64,000 nucleotides of DNA from Octopus vulgaris. Lineage: Eukaryota. The position numbers and the translations under genes are program-made. Under the pieces are notes generated by a model. That model was not told the origin of the DNA, made no database searches, and saw only the letters and a list, made by a program, of their open reading frames with translations. The stretch covers positions 35,092,001 through 35,156,000 of the forward strand of contig OX597817.1 of NCBI GenBank assembly GCA_951406725.2. Direction: 5' to 3'. Shown piece by piece: positions 49,726 through 62,590 of the stretch; the stretch's first letter is position 1; each line of letters opens with the position of its first letter.

Positions 49726-50893
49726 AAATTCCAGGTGTAGAAGCAAAACCTGGACTCTAAGGGCCTTAAGGTTAACTTAGCAAAAACTAAGGTCCTAATT
49801 GGCAAGAAAACTAACAGGACCTACTCCACTTTGGCAGGTGGCCTTGTTTGGTTTGTGGGAAAGATGTAGGCAGGAACTCCATATGGTGTACCCAGTACAA
49901 GAGGTACAAGAGGTGTACAAGAGGTGCAGTGGGTTAATTAGAAGGATATCAGAGAAGATAGTTTTCATATGTGGAAAATGCACAGGATCCATAAAAAATT
50001 CAGAGACTTAGGAAATTGATTCTCTCAAATGCCTTGGTGGATCTTTAGAAGTAGTAGATAATTTCTCTTACCTAGAGGACCAAATTAGTAGTGGGAGAAG
50101 ATGCACAGGGAGTGTGATAGCTAGAATAAGAATAGGATGGAAGAAATTCAGTGAGCTGTTACCTCTGTCAGCCACAAAAGATCTCTCTGTCCGAGTGAAA
50201 TGAAGATTGTATGATGTATGTATACAGACATTAATTCTACATGGTAATGAGACATGGGTCCTGAATGCAGAAGACATGCAAAGGTTAGAAAGGAATGAGG
50301 CCAGTATGGATGTGTAATGTAAGTGGACATGTTCAACAGAGTGCCAGTGTTCTGAGAGAGAAGTTAGGCATAAGAGGAATTGTTTACTATGTGCAAGAGA
50401 GAGGACTGTGCTGGTTTGGTCATGTGATGCAGATGGATGATGACAGGAAGACATGAGATGAAGTACCAAAGAATGACCTCAGGAAGCTGAACCTTTCAGG
50501 CAAGATGATCCATACTTAAGAAGATCCATACCCCACAGCAGAAGTATTAAGACTGTCCCTTCTAGTGGTGCAAAGTACTCAGGGTGGTGCCATGCAGCAC
50601 CATGTAAAAGTGCCCATGTGGAATCACATAAAAACGCTTGTGTAGTGCCATGTAAAATCACCCATGGGGTGTCACATAAAAGTGCCTGTGCAGTGCTTTG
50701 TAAAAAGTACCCAGCATGCTGTAAAGTGGTTGGTGCTAGGAAGGGCATCCAGCTGTAGAAACCATGCCTAATCAGACTGGAGTGTGGTGCAGCCAAGCTT
50801 GCCAGCTACCCAGCTTGCCAGCTCTGGTCACATTGTCCAACCCATGCTAGCATGGACAACAAACATTAAATGATAATGATGATGATGATGATG

Positions 50894-50894
<1 letters not shown>
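49726..50894 (+). mobile_element. RTE-clade LINE 3' fragment, decayed
   Basis: Remnant peptides SKGLKVNLAKTKV, YLEDQISSG and ARIRIGWKKFSELLPL. Ends in (GAT)n. Confidence 0.75.
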
Positions 50895-50947
<53 letters not shown>

Positions 50948-51060
50948 CTAAGAGTAAGGGATTATCTGGTCAAAATCCTTTATAAGCTCTCTGTTGGCAC
51001 ACCAGGCTGACAATACTGTTTGGATTAGTGAAGAACTCTAAGGATTTTTATGGCAGGGTG

Positions 51061-51154
51061 TGAGATTATTGAATGACCTAAAAAAATTAATGCTACTTTC
51101 GTCAGAACTCTGACAAAAGTAGCATTAATTTTTTAGGCCATTCAATTTTTCTCA
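51061..51154. repeat. ~46-bp-arm imperfect palindrome
   Basis: ...AATTAATGCTACTTTCGTCAGA-AC-TCTGACAAAAGTAGCATTAATT... Confidence 0.9.
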
Positions 51155-51290
51155 CCTGATCAATAGACCAATTGAGTAAATCTATCAGTAACATACCTTT
51201 AATGACTACTGGAAACAGGTGTGGACCAAATTTACTCTAATAAAAGAAAAATCTGTTATGACCATTATTCATTACTTGTTATGTATATAT

Positions 51291-51463
51291 AATTATAATT
51301 TAGGGTATCTAAGAGATATCATCTCGCTGGAAATAGCAGTCAAAACTTGACTCTAAAACCACATTAAATATTCATTTAATGAACATTTAATGTGGCTTTA
51401 GAGTCAAGTTTTGACTGCTATTTCCAGTGTGATGGTATCTCTTAGATACCCTAAATTATAATT
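51291..51463. repeat. 86-bp-arm palindrome with 1-nt spacer
   Basis: Arms 51291-51376 and 51378-51463 with few mismatches. Confidence 0.93.
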
Positions 51464-51560
51464 TTAAATAATTATTACCTTATATTTGATTTTTGATTTT
51501 TCCAGTTTCAGCTAATGAGCTGTGGCCATGCTGGGGCACCGCCATTAAATATATACATCT

Positions 51561-51659
<99 letters not shown>

Positions 51660-51799
51660 AATCTGAAAATTCAGAAAAAATTATATTACATGCATATAAG
51701 AAGGGATGACCACTAAGTGGACATCCAATATGCTAGAAATAGATCACCTACGATCTAACCACAAAGGAAAAGAATGTCCTCTAGGAATATATATATATA

Positions 51800-51830
<31 letters not shown>

Positions 51831-52298
51831 GTAAAATTGCAGTTGTGGCAGATACTGGTGTTATTGCAAATGGCACTCATGCCAGTGGCATATAAAAGCA
51901 TGCATTACACTTTTGGAGTGGCTGGTGTTAGGAAGGGCATCCAGCTGTAGAAACATGCCTTTCAAAAACATAAGGACTACCCACTTCACTTAAACACATT
52001 TATTATTTGGTGTCAGCATGGCTTTGTGGTAGTAAGTTTCCTTCCCAACCACATTGTTCAGTCCCTTGCACACCATCTTCATCTGGCGCTGGTGCCAGAT
52101 AAAAAGCACCCTGTACACTCTGTAAAGTGGTTGGCATTAGGAAGAGCATCTAAGCAGGGAAACCATGCCAAAGCAGGTATTAGAGCTTGGTGCAGTCTTT
52201 TGGGTTACCAGCTACTGTCAAACTGTCCAACCCATGCCCGCACAGTCAGTGGATATTAAAGGACAGTGATGATGATGATGATGAGGATGAAGGTGATG

Positions 52299-52339
<41 letters not shown>

Positions 52340-52395
52340 ATATGCATCATCATCATTATCATATAAAATATAATACATGAATATATATATATATA

Positions 52396-53585
52396 CTAGC
52401 ATTATGACCCGTCGTTGCCGGGTCATAGTGCTAGTGCATGTATTTATGTGTATATATATGTGTACATATTACATGTACATCTATATATATACATCTACAC
52501 ATAAAATACAAAATACAAAGTTATATCTTGATATCGCTAGTGATAACAATACTCAAAATATATAACAGACTGGAATTGTTAACCCATCTCTTGCAATTTC
52601 GATCAATTGTATCTTGTCCTCCCTCTTGTATAGAAGTGTGGCTACAATCCAGCATACCTCTACTTTTGGGGGGAAGAGGGGCATTTTTAATTTTTATCTG
52701 GGGTGTCCTACGTCCCAGATATAAAGGCAAAAATAAAATATTTCCACTTTGCAAGTTCAAGTCAAGTACTCCCTTGCACGCTCCGTTGACTTGAACCTTG
52801 CTTCTATTGTGGCGAATTTACCGCCTCTGATTAGATATCTTTCATAGTCGCACCAAGACACTTTTCGAAGGTGCTTTCCTCCAGGTGTTCAAATCTTCTT
52901 TTTCTCTACATTGTATACTTTATAGACAATAGTCTTTTCTTTAATTTAATTTTTTATTATCCATCTGGACTATTCCATTTCTGCACACTAATTTTATTTT
53001 TAATTATTCCCATTCATTTGATACCACTTATTCAAGTTTAAGTCATTGATGCAATTTTATACCAATTGCTATTTTTACTTTTGTTATGTTACGATTTAAT
53101 TATTATATTATACTTTAGTTTGGTTTTAATTATTACTTACTACATATAACTCAATTGTTATTATTATCTCTAATTTTTATTGTTAAAGTGAAATATCTGA
53201 CATAAAATAGAGAAATGCTTTTGTTTCATTTTTAACACGTAATACTGAAATAGTGGAGAAGATATGATATTGCTATGGGCTCGCCCTAGGCAAGAAGTTG
53301 AACATTTTTTTTGCCCATGAAACTATATGGACCCTAAGTAAGGCATGTGTAAAATTTGAATGAAATTGGTTGTGTAGTTCTCAAGTTTTAGGGAATCGTA
53401 GTGGAGAAGATATGATATTGCTGTGGGCTCGCCCTAGGCAAAAAGTTAATATTTTGCCGATAACACTCCCCAGACCCTAAGTAAGGCATGTGTAAAATTT
53501 GAATGAAATTGGTTGTGTAGTTCTCAAGTTTTAGGGAAACACACAGACAGACAGACACACATTCTCAGTTTTATATATATAAAGA
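52396..53585 (-). mobile_element. Non-autonomous Helitron with internal tandem duplication
   Basis: Minus-strand 5' TC followed by ATATATAAAA, 3' hairpin plus CTAG. A ~140-bp block repeats at ~53251-53396 and ~53399-53538. Confidence 0.7.
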
Positions 53586-53699
53586 TAGATATATATATAT
53601 ATGTTGGACTCTCATGTTGAAGATAACTTATGAGCATTCAGCTTTTGCTGAATGACCTGCACAAATGATTTGCTTATAATGATCAAATGTGTGTGCTGT

Positions 53700-53897
53700 A
53701 CATTAGTTCACCCTCTCCATCAAATTGATGTTGTCCAAACAGGTGCACTGCGTACCTCACATCAGGTGTCGAAGTGATTGCAGAGCAACATGAGATGAAG
53801 TGTTTTGCTCAAGAACACAATGCACCATCCAGTCTAGGAATTGAAACCATGATCTCATGATTGTGAGGGTAACACCCTAACCGCTAGGTCATGCATT
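53700..53897 (-). mobile_element. SINE family C-related copy
   Basis: GAAGTGTTTTGCTCAAGAACACAA...ACACCCTAACCGCTAGG is the reverse complement of the head at 19711. Confidence 0.7.
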
Positions 53898-54720
53898 CTC
53901 ATATATAAAATACATTACACATACATGTGTGTGTGTATGTGTGTATTGATATATATATATATATAAATAGATGTATCTCTGTAGTACATATATAGAGATA
54001 GAAATTTTTTTAGATATAGTCCCACCCCTCCCTCTTTCCTCCAGCTTGCTCTAGTTTTATAATGTTGGTGGCACAATGATTCTGCAAGAACAGATTGAGG
54101 CACCCAGTGTATAATTTGTACTTGATGTTCTGGCTGGCCATTAAGTGGTTTGGCTATTTGTGTGTGTGTGTGGGGGGAGTAGTTGCAGTTGATAACCACT
54201 GGGGAAGTTCATTTGTGCCCTTGATACTTTCTCTGTACAACCTTATGAGATCTTACCAATAAAAGGTGAAATTTTTTAACCAGTAACCTGTTATGGGGTC
54301 TAGGCCTGGGGATTTCCTCTTTGACATTCTCTGTAGAACTGTTTCCAGTATTTCACTGTCTATTTTATATTACTTTTGTTGGACATGTTGGTTGTTGTCC
54401 TGCTCCAATTCTTTTAGTCATGCAGTTTGTTTGCTGAATTCATCCTTTGTTTATACAGATCTCCAGTAGCCCTCAACCCAATTTTTTTGTACAGGTGTCT
54501 TTTACAGATTTTTGAGTGAGCCTTTTGCATTGGTGCTGTGATAGACCTACTAAGGATCTCTGACAAATAATTTATTGAGCAATTGCTGTTTATACGTTAT
54601 AGATTTATATTTTTGTTTTCGGCTGTGGTTGTGAGTCATTGTTTCAGCTGGTGCAGTTTGGAGTTTTGGTTATGAAATGATTGATTTTTGTTTAATTCTT
54701 TTCCTTTTTCATTTCTTCAG

Positions 54721-54856
54721 GAGCAACTGTGATATTGTGGCTGGTGGGATATTACGTCAACATTATTCCAAGCCGTACTTCCTTCCAGAAGTTTCAGAAT
54801 CTAGCAGAACAGATTGGATCTTCATGGGAACTCCTGGATATGGAGCTGAAATGCAT
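54721..54856 (+). CDS. JmjC/cupin-like protein, coding exon 2
   Basis: Acceptor TTTCATTTCTTCAG|G completes the TGG (Trp) codon. Encodes SNCDIVAGGILRQHYSKPYFLPEVSESSRTDWIFMGTPGYGAEMH. Donor CAT|GTATGT, phase 0. Confidence 0.88.
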
Positions 54857-54993
54857 GTATGTATTTTTTGCTATTTTAAAATTTTTTCTTCATATCACAT
54901 GGATGTTAATGTTGAGTGGTCCCAGTTAACTTTGCTTAAACAAACCTAGACTATGAAAATAGCTGATTCAATAAAGCATTTGATTGGTATTAA

Positions 54994-55210
54994 CCCTTTC
55001 ATTATCATATTTATTTTGAGATGCTCTGTGTTTCATTCAATTAATTTTAAATATAACAAAGAATTTAGTAAAAGAACTTAGTTAAGCTAGTGTTGGGAAC
55101 ATAAATTGTGACTAAGGCTTGGTGGAAGATTTTAATTCAATACGTATAAAAACAAGACATTTGTACTACAGAGCCAGAGGTCGATTTTGGCCAGGCTGGT
55201 ATCAAAAGGG
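54994..55210. mobile_element. piggyBac-like MITE
   Basis: TTAA|CCCTTT...AAAGGG|TTAA. A similar end starts at 63875. Confidence 0.75.
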
Positions 55211-55788
55211 TTAATTGAGTCTGAAATGGAAAAAAACGTGTAAAAAGTTTGAAACCTGAAAAATATTCCTGAGAATGAGACCCCTGAACATATGTTACCT
55301 TGCACTCCCCCTTTGTACCAAATCACCTATTATTGCTATTATTGTGATGTTACTATTAAATATACCACACTTTGAAATTTACCTTTGATAACAAAGGTGA
55401 TTAATTTTTTTGATTGCTTGTTTTCTTGACCAAAATTTGCTTGGTTGTCATAATAGTAAAATTCAGTAACATTGTTGCTGTGTCAAGATCTAGATAACCA
55501 AGATCTAGTGGGGCCCTTGCTTGGGAGTTCCAGGGTTTTGAGGGGTGTGGAACCACCTCTTGGCCACTATTGTTCTCAGGTCTGCTCTGACCTAGAGTAG
55601 TAGTACTTGTTAGGGTTAAATAGTATGTAACTACCTAAGCCAAGATATATTGAAATCATAGGATGCAGCATAGTGGATGTGAACTGTTTCAGCAAATGAA
55701 CTTATTGAATTAATGGCAAGTATCACTGGATGCCGAGCAGATGAACAGACAACAAACTGTCAAAACATGATGAAGAAGCGAAGGATGA

Positions 55789-55843
<55 letters not shown>

Positions 55844-55962
55844 TACTACATGATTTGTGTACAACTAAATCCTCAACAAAGGGTCATAACAAAGTCACTA
55901 TCCTGTTAAGTAAATCCATTAAAATGTTTATCTGTTGTGGTATGTGAAATATGCTTTTAAAA

Positions 55963-56162
55963 CACACACACATACACATATATATACATATACATACGAC
56001 GGGCTTCTTTCAGTTTCCATCTACCAAATCCACTCACAAGGCTTTGGTTGGCCCAAGGCTATAGTAGAAGACACTTGCCCAAGGTGCCACACCGTGGGAC
56101 TGAACCCAGAACCATGTGGTTGGTAAGCAAGCTACTTACCACACAGCCACTCCTATATACAT
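55963..56162 (-). mobile_element. SINE family A flanked by 126-bp direct repeats
   Basis: Flanks 55837-55962 and 56163-56288 are near-identical. Confidence 0.9.
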
Positions 56163-56541
56163 ACACACTTACTACATGATTTGTGCACAACTAAATCCTC
56201 AACTAAGGTTCATAACAAAGTCACTATTCTGTTTAGTAAATCCATTAAAATGTTTATCTGTTGTGGTATGTGAAATATGCTTTTAAAATAAACAATTACA
56301 GTGACTCTGAGGTTCATGTGTTGCTCTGTTTACGACTTGGTGATTAGTTTAAATCTTATATTTACCAGTATGTTTTACCTTTGATTATATTAATAGTACT
56401 TAAAACTATGCTTCAGTGAGTTTTCTAGACAAAAGCAAATATTCTATTTGTACTTCACAAAAGAACAGCCCCCCCCCTACCCAGAGTTTAACTAGCTCAC
56501 TCATTTGTCCACATTTTTGTCACCTTCACATTCTAAATAAT

Positions 56542-56757
56542 CTTTTCTACTCTAAGCACAAGGCCTGAAATTTTGGGGGATGGGGCAGTCGATTAGATCG
56601 ACCCTGGTATGCAACTGGTACTTAATTTATCGACCCTAAAATGCTGAAAGGCAAAGTCGACCTCAGTGGAATTTGAACTCAGAACATAAAGACAGACGAA
56701 ATATTGCTAAGCATTTCACCTGGCTTGCTAACATTTCTGCCAGCTCACCGCCTTTTG
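56542..56757 (-). mobile_element. SINE family B, full length
   Basis: 14-bp TSD ACATTCTAAATAAT (56528-56541 and 56758-56771). Confidence 0.88.
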
Positions 56758-56881
56758 ACATTCTAAATAATGCAAAGCAATGATTTAGCTCATTGCTCAC
56801 TTTGTCTTGGGAGGCTGGTGTTTTGAAAAAGAATCTTTTCTATCAGTCAAGGCTGAGAAACTATTTAATATTGTTTCAATG

Positions 56882-57113
56882 TCATCACTACTACCACCAC
56901 CAACATCATTGTCACAGACACCACCACTACCACAGCCATCACCCCCCACCACCCCCACCCACCACCATCATCATCACTGCTACCACACTATCACTTTCAC
57001 CACCACCACCACTGTCATTATCGTCATCATCATCATTATCACTACTACAACACTATCACCACCATAACTACCACCACCACCACCACCATGATCATCATCA
57101 TCCTTATCATCAT
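56882..57113. repeat. (ACC/ATC)n low-complexity repeat
   Basis: Directly visible. Confidence 0.9.
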
Positions 57114-57394
57114 TGATTTATTTCTGTTAACAAATCAATACTGAATTAGTAAGTATTCAAGCATGACATACACCACAATCACAATATTTTTGTTTTGTTC
57201 CAGTTGTTAGGACAAAAGTGTAGTAAGATCGAAGACTGGTGTTGATTACTGTTTTCTTTTGCTACTTATCAGGATGATAGCCCTCACTGGACACTAAACA
57301 GTAGTTTATACTATACTGATTTTTTCAATAAGAAGGAAGGGAAAGAGCACTGAAAGAATTCAAGAAGCAGGGCAGAAATAATTTAGAACAATAT

Positions 57395-57583
57395 AAGGCG
57401 ATGAACTGACAGAATTGTTAGCACACCAGGCAAAATGCTTAGCAGCATTTCATCCGAGGTTGACTTTGTTTTTCATCCTTTCGAAGTTGATAAAATAAGT
57501 ACCAGTCAAGCACTAGTGTCAATATAATAGTCTTACCTGCTTCCCTGAAATTACTGGCCTTGTGCCCAAAATTTAAAACCAGT
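57395..57583 (+). mobile_element. SINE family B, degenerate
   Basis: AGGCGATGAACTGACAGAATTGTTAGC head and GATAAAATAAGTACCAG. Confidence 0.75.
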
Positions 57584-59156
57584 ATTATTTGGTAAAAATG
57601 AAATTGAGTATGCTTATTTCTTAGAATTTGAACTGTTAGAGTTATTTTCCCAATTTATCCAGTACAACCCCTAAACAAGTAAATAGTATTTTTCTAAACA
57701 ATAGATCCACTTATTTCAGTTAGTGACATATTCAAGAATATACCAACAGTAGCGCCCCTGAGGGTAATATTCTCTGAGAATGCACAAAAGCCCTTTTCAG
57801 AGCTATTTACTTTGAATTGTTATTATCTCATATCTGATTAGCCTGTTGTTATGTAACATGCTTCACGATTTTAGTATATACACCTTATTAGTATTATCTC
57901 TTGTGTTCTATATACTCTGGGAACACATTAAAGCCCTTTTTGGGGCTACTTTATTTGAATTCTTACTATTGGGTAACTAATTTCACGTTATCACATAACT
58001 GACAACTTATTGGGAATTCCTAAAAGCAAGATTCTGTGTAAGACAGTTTAGTATTCTCTGTAAATACACAAAAAATATTTTAAGGGCTACATACTTTGTA
58101 TTGTTGTTATTGGATTAGCGAAACAATTATGAGAATGAAACCAAGGGATAAGCCCTGCTTTCCTGGGAATTACTGGGTACATCAGCTAGTATATATATAT
58201 ATGTGTATGTGTGTATATATATCTATATATATAATGGGCTTCTATACACTTTCCATCCACCAAAGTCATTCACAAATCTTTGGCAGCTTGGGGCTATAGT
58301 AGAAGACACTTGATTAAGGAGCTGTTCATTGGGACTGAACCCAAAACTACATGATTGCAAAGTGAGGTTCTTAACCATGCAATGATGGCTAAAAGTATTG
58401 AAAAAAAAAAAAAAAACTACTCATGTTGTCATTGTTATTGCTTAACCCCAGGTCAGTCCTGATGGAGCAGAACTATGATAAAATGCATTTCCTCCTTGAC
58501 TATCCCATCTATTTACTTGAAGCATCCTCTTCCAATTATATTAATATTAGGTCAAACATTTTCATGCAATTCTTTGTGCAAATAGTAAACTTTAATACAG
58601 ATGCAAGACCCCAAATGTCTGCAGGGTTTGGTATACACAGATATATTGACCCCAGTTGGATTTGAAATCAGAATGTAAAATGATTCCACTAAATACTGCA
58701 ATATATTTTGTTGAATGCTCTACCACTTCTTCCAATTCACTGCTGTTTCTTCACACAGTGATGACAAATAAAACTATAATCAAACTGTAAAGCAAAGTGC
58801 CAAAAATACACATATTTACAAAAATAAAATAAGGAAAATAATATGAACAAGAACAAAGGAGCATAACTTTGGGATGAGAGATATTAGTTTTCAATGATTT
58901 AGATTCATTTTTCTATGGATTTTATTGTTGAATGGTTTTTATGGTTCAACACTCCCTCTTCCTACTGTTAACTATTGTTTCTTTCTGCTAAATTTTGCTC
59001 TTGAGGCTTTGGTCAACCTGAAGTAATGTTGATTGAACCTAAAATCAAGGACAGTGTAGTCCTAACTGTACAGAAAGACAAGATAGTCCTGACTGGAATG
59101 TCTTTGATCTTCTCAATCAAAGCTTGCTTAAGTTTAAACAGTAACCACAAACACTA

Positions 59157-59374
59157 CATGAGGGGTGCTGAAAAGTTCCTGGCTTTTAGGGTATCATGAA
59201 AGGCCTGGTTGGAGGCCCAACCTTCTGAGTTCTTTTACAAGGCTTCGAAAAACGGAAGGATCGCTGCAATAAGTGTGTGAATCTGAGAGGGGAATATGTT
59301 AAATGAAATTATGATTAACTGATCCTCTTGTATTTTCTTTTATCTCAAAGCCAGGAAATTTTCTGTACCCCCTT
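59157..59374. mobile_element. Mariner-derived MITE
   Basis: GAGGGGTGCTGAAAAGTTCCTGGCTTT / AAAGCCAGGAAATTTTCTGTACCCCCT imperfect TIRs. Confidence 0.75.
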
Positions 59375-59667
59375 ATTCATCTCTTTTGGTGCAAAAAGAA
59401 CAAAAACAGAAAAAGGAAGATTTTGGTATGGATTGGTGCAGTGTCAGAAATGATTGTGCACCAGACTAAATTCCTTTCAGTATTTTGATCTATCCTTCTG
59501 CATTCTGGTTTCTAATCTTACTGGGCCACAGTTTGTTCTATTGTTTTGGAGTTAGTAAGTACACCAGTCAATTACTACAGTCAATCAAATTAATTATATT
59601 TTTTTCTTTTGGGTGGTAATGAGCCTGTATAAGGTAATTAATGTTTCATAACCTTTCTTTTGTCTAG

Positions 59668-59800
59668 GTTGATAATGTTGGTGACCCATCATGGCAAGCT
59701 CAGGTGACTGGACACAAGAAGTGGCAGCTTGAACCTCCCCCAGAGTGTTATTATGAGTGTGTTGCTTCTCTTGATGTGGTTGTCAACCCAGGTGAAATAA
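59668..59800 (+). CDS. JmjC/cupin-like protein, coding exon 3 (gene incomplete in window)
   Basis: Not in the ORF track. Acceptor CTTTCTTTTGTCTAG|GTT. Encodes VDNVGDPSWQAQVTGHKKWQLEPPPECYYECVASLDVVVNPGEI, completing H-V-D and carrying the typical GxKxW and PGE motifs. Donor A|GTAAGT, phase 1. No final exon recognised before 64000. Confidence 0.85.
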
Positions 59801-60591
59801 GTAAGTAATATTTGAATCATAAATTGTGTGTGTGTGTGTATGTGAGAGAGAGAGAGAAAGAGAGAGAGTCTCCTCTGTCCCTGCTTTTCAAAAGAAATGA
59901 TTAAAAAGGTTGGAAACAGGAATGGCTCCCTACTGTGAAACAACGATTCAAGATAGGTTGTCCAACCCTTGACAGCACTGAAAAGCATATGAAAATTGAC
60001 TGTGTGTATGTGTGTGTGTGTGTGTGTGTAGCAATTTAAATTGTTGAAGTTGATTTGAGAACAGAAAATAGGGCAACAGAGAAAGATAGGGTGTTGAATT
60101 GTGCATACCTGGAAGGAAAGGAATCAGAGAGAGAGAGACAGGGAGAAGTGATGGGAAAATAAGGAAATTTGTTAAGAGGAAGTAGGAAGAGAAAATGAAA
60201 AATTATATCAAGTAGTAATGCTGAAGGTAGAGGTAAAGTAGGAAGAAAAAGATGTAAGAAGGCAGAGAGGGACAACTTCTACCTATAGTAAATTCTGCGC
60301 AACCCTCTACATCATCATCATCATTATCATCATCGTTTAGCTGGAATTTGTTGATTCAGATTTTCTATGGTTGGATGCCTTTCCTGTCACCAGCCCTCAA
60401 CTATTTCCTAGCAAGGCTTTATTTCCCTCTGGTCAGGCATGTTTTTCTTGGAAGACTGAAAATGAAGGACATTCCTTGTGTGATGGTGATGTTTCTTTAG
60501 AAACCATCACATAATATCAAGACAAGAAAACACACACACACACGCACACACACACACACACATATGTTTGTGTGTGTGTGTATATAGTATG

Positions 60592-60904
60592 TATGATGGG
60601 TTTCTTTAAGTTCCTGTCTGCCAAATCTACTCACAAGGCTTTAGTCAGCCCCAGGGTGACTAAAGATATTTTCCCAAAGTGGCACACTGTAGAACTGAAC
60701 CCAAAGCCACAAGGCTGGAGAGTAAGTTTCTTAACACAGTTTTATATATATATTGTGTATGATAAGAACCTTGCTTCCCAACCACATGGTTCCAGGTTCA
60801 ATCCCATTGCGTGGCACCTTGGGCAAGTGTCTTCTACTATAGCCTTGGGCCAACCAAAGATTTGTGAGTGGATTTGGTAGATGGAAACTGAAAGAAGCCT
60901 GTCG

Positions 60905-60906
<2 letters not shown>
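60592..60906. mobile_element. Head-to-head pair of family A SINE fragments
   Basis: Minus copy at ~60592-60740 and plus copy at ~60755-60906. Confidence 0.75.
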
Positions 60907-60936
<30 letters not shown>

Positions 60937-60987
60937 ATCATCATCATTTAACGTCCGCTTTCCATGCTAACATGGGTTGGACAAATA

Positions 60988-61190
60988 TCTATTATATAAA
61001 ATCCGTTCTGTCTGTCTGTGTATCTTCTAGGATCTCGGGCATCCTCCATCCGATTGTGCTCAAATTTGATATGTAGATACTGACGGTATCAGGGCATGTA
61101 TAAGTCTTGAAAATATTACAAAAATCGATTCCAGGTGAGAACGTGATCGATAAAACCATTCTCCCAGTCAATAGCCTTATCATTACTGGT
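60988..61190 (+). mobile_element. Helitron 5'-end fragment
   Basis: A|TCTATTATATAAAA...CTGTCTGTCTGTG start, resembling the other Helitron 5' ends in the window. Confidence 0.5.
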
Positions 61191-61237
61191 ACTTTAAACT
61201 CTTTGGTTGCATATTTGTGTGAATAAATATCTATATA

Positions 61238-61268
<31 letters not shown>

Positions 61269-61442
61269 GTTTCTTTATTGGCCACACAGGGCTGCACACA
61301 GATGGGACAAGTTACAAGGTAGAGCTTTTCTTTTGGGTGATGAAAAAAACAAAAAACAAAAGAAACAAAAAAAAAGGGGTGGCGTAGGTTTTCGATCAAG
61401 AGGGATCGTAAAAGGGAAGAAAAGAACCAAAAAAAAATAAAT

Positions 61443-61473
<31 letters not shown>

Positions 61474-61716
61474 TGTATCTATTATTTGTTTGTATGTGCG
61501 TGTATTTGTGTGTGTGAATGTGTATATGTACTGTGGAGACAAATAAGCAGATACATATATGTTCATCGTTTACTACATCCTCTTTTAACTTATAGTTTCA
61601 CAGAGAGAACTTGGCAACACAGAGCTTGTTTATGTGCATTATATACCTACATACACACACACACACACACACATATATCTCACCATCACCATCATCAAAT
61701 ATATATATATATGTAT

Positions 61717-61984
<268 letters not shown>

Positions 61985-62019
61985 CTTAATTTAATCTACC
62001 TGTTTATCTTCTTGATACA

Positions 62020-62388
62020 CTCATTCCCCCTCTTTTCATTTTCTCTGTATGATACTCCACTCTCTTTATCTATCACTCTTTCTTTTTTGCTCTTTCTCTT
62101 TCTCCCTCTATAAGCTGTCTTGCTCTTTCTACATACCTCTCTCTCTTTCTCTCTACTTCTCTCTTTTTCTCTCCCTCTATACGCTGTCTTGCTCTTTCTT
62201 TCTACCTCTCTATCTTTCTCTCTACCTCTCTCTTTTTCTCTCCCTCCCATTCTCTTTCTTTCTCACTCCTTTTCAGGGCTTCTTTCCCTTATTCTCACAT
62301 TTCCTGTCTTACTTGTTTTCTGTATATTGTTCTCTGCCTCTCTTCTTCTTGTTCTCTTGTTCTCTGCTTTTCTGTCTCATGTTTGTTG

Positions 62389-62445
<57 letters not shown>

Positions 62446-62590
62446 TTTGCTCTGTTTCTCTCTTATTTTTACTGCCTCTCTCTTGCTCTCCCTCTCTCTT
62501 GTTCTCTGCTTCTATCTCTTGTGTTCACTGCCTCTCTCTTGCTCTCCCTCTCTCTTGTTCTCTGTCCTCCCCTTACCACTGCTCTCAAGC
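62020..62590. repeat. CT-rich low-complexity repeat
   Basis: Directly visible. Confidence 0.9.
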
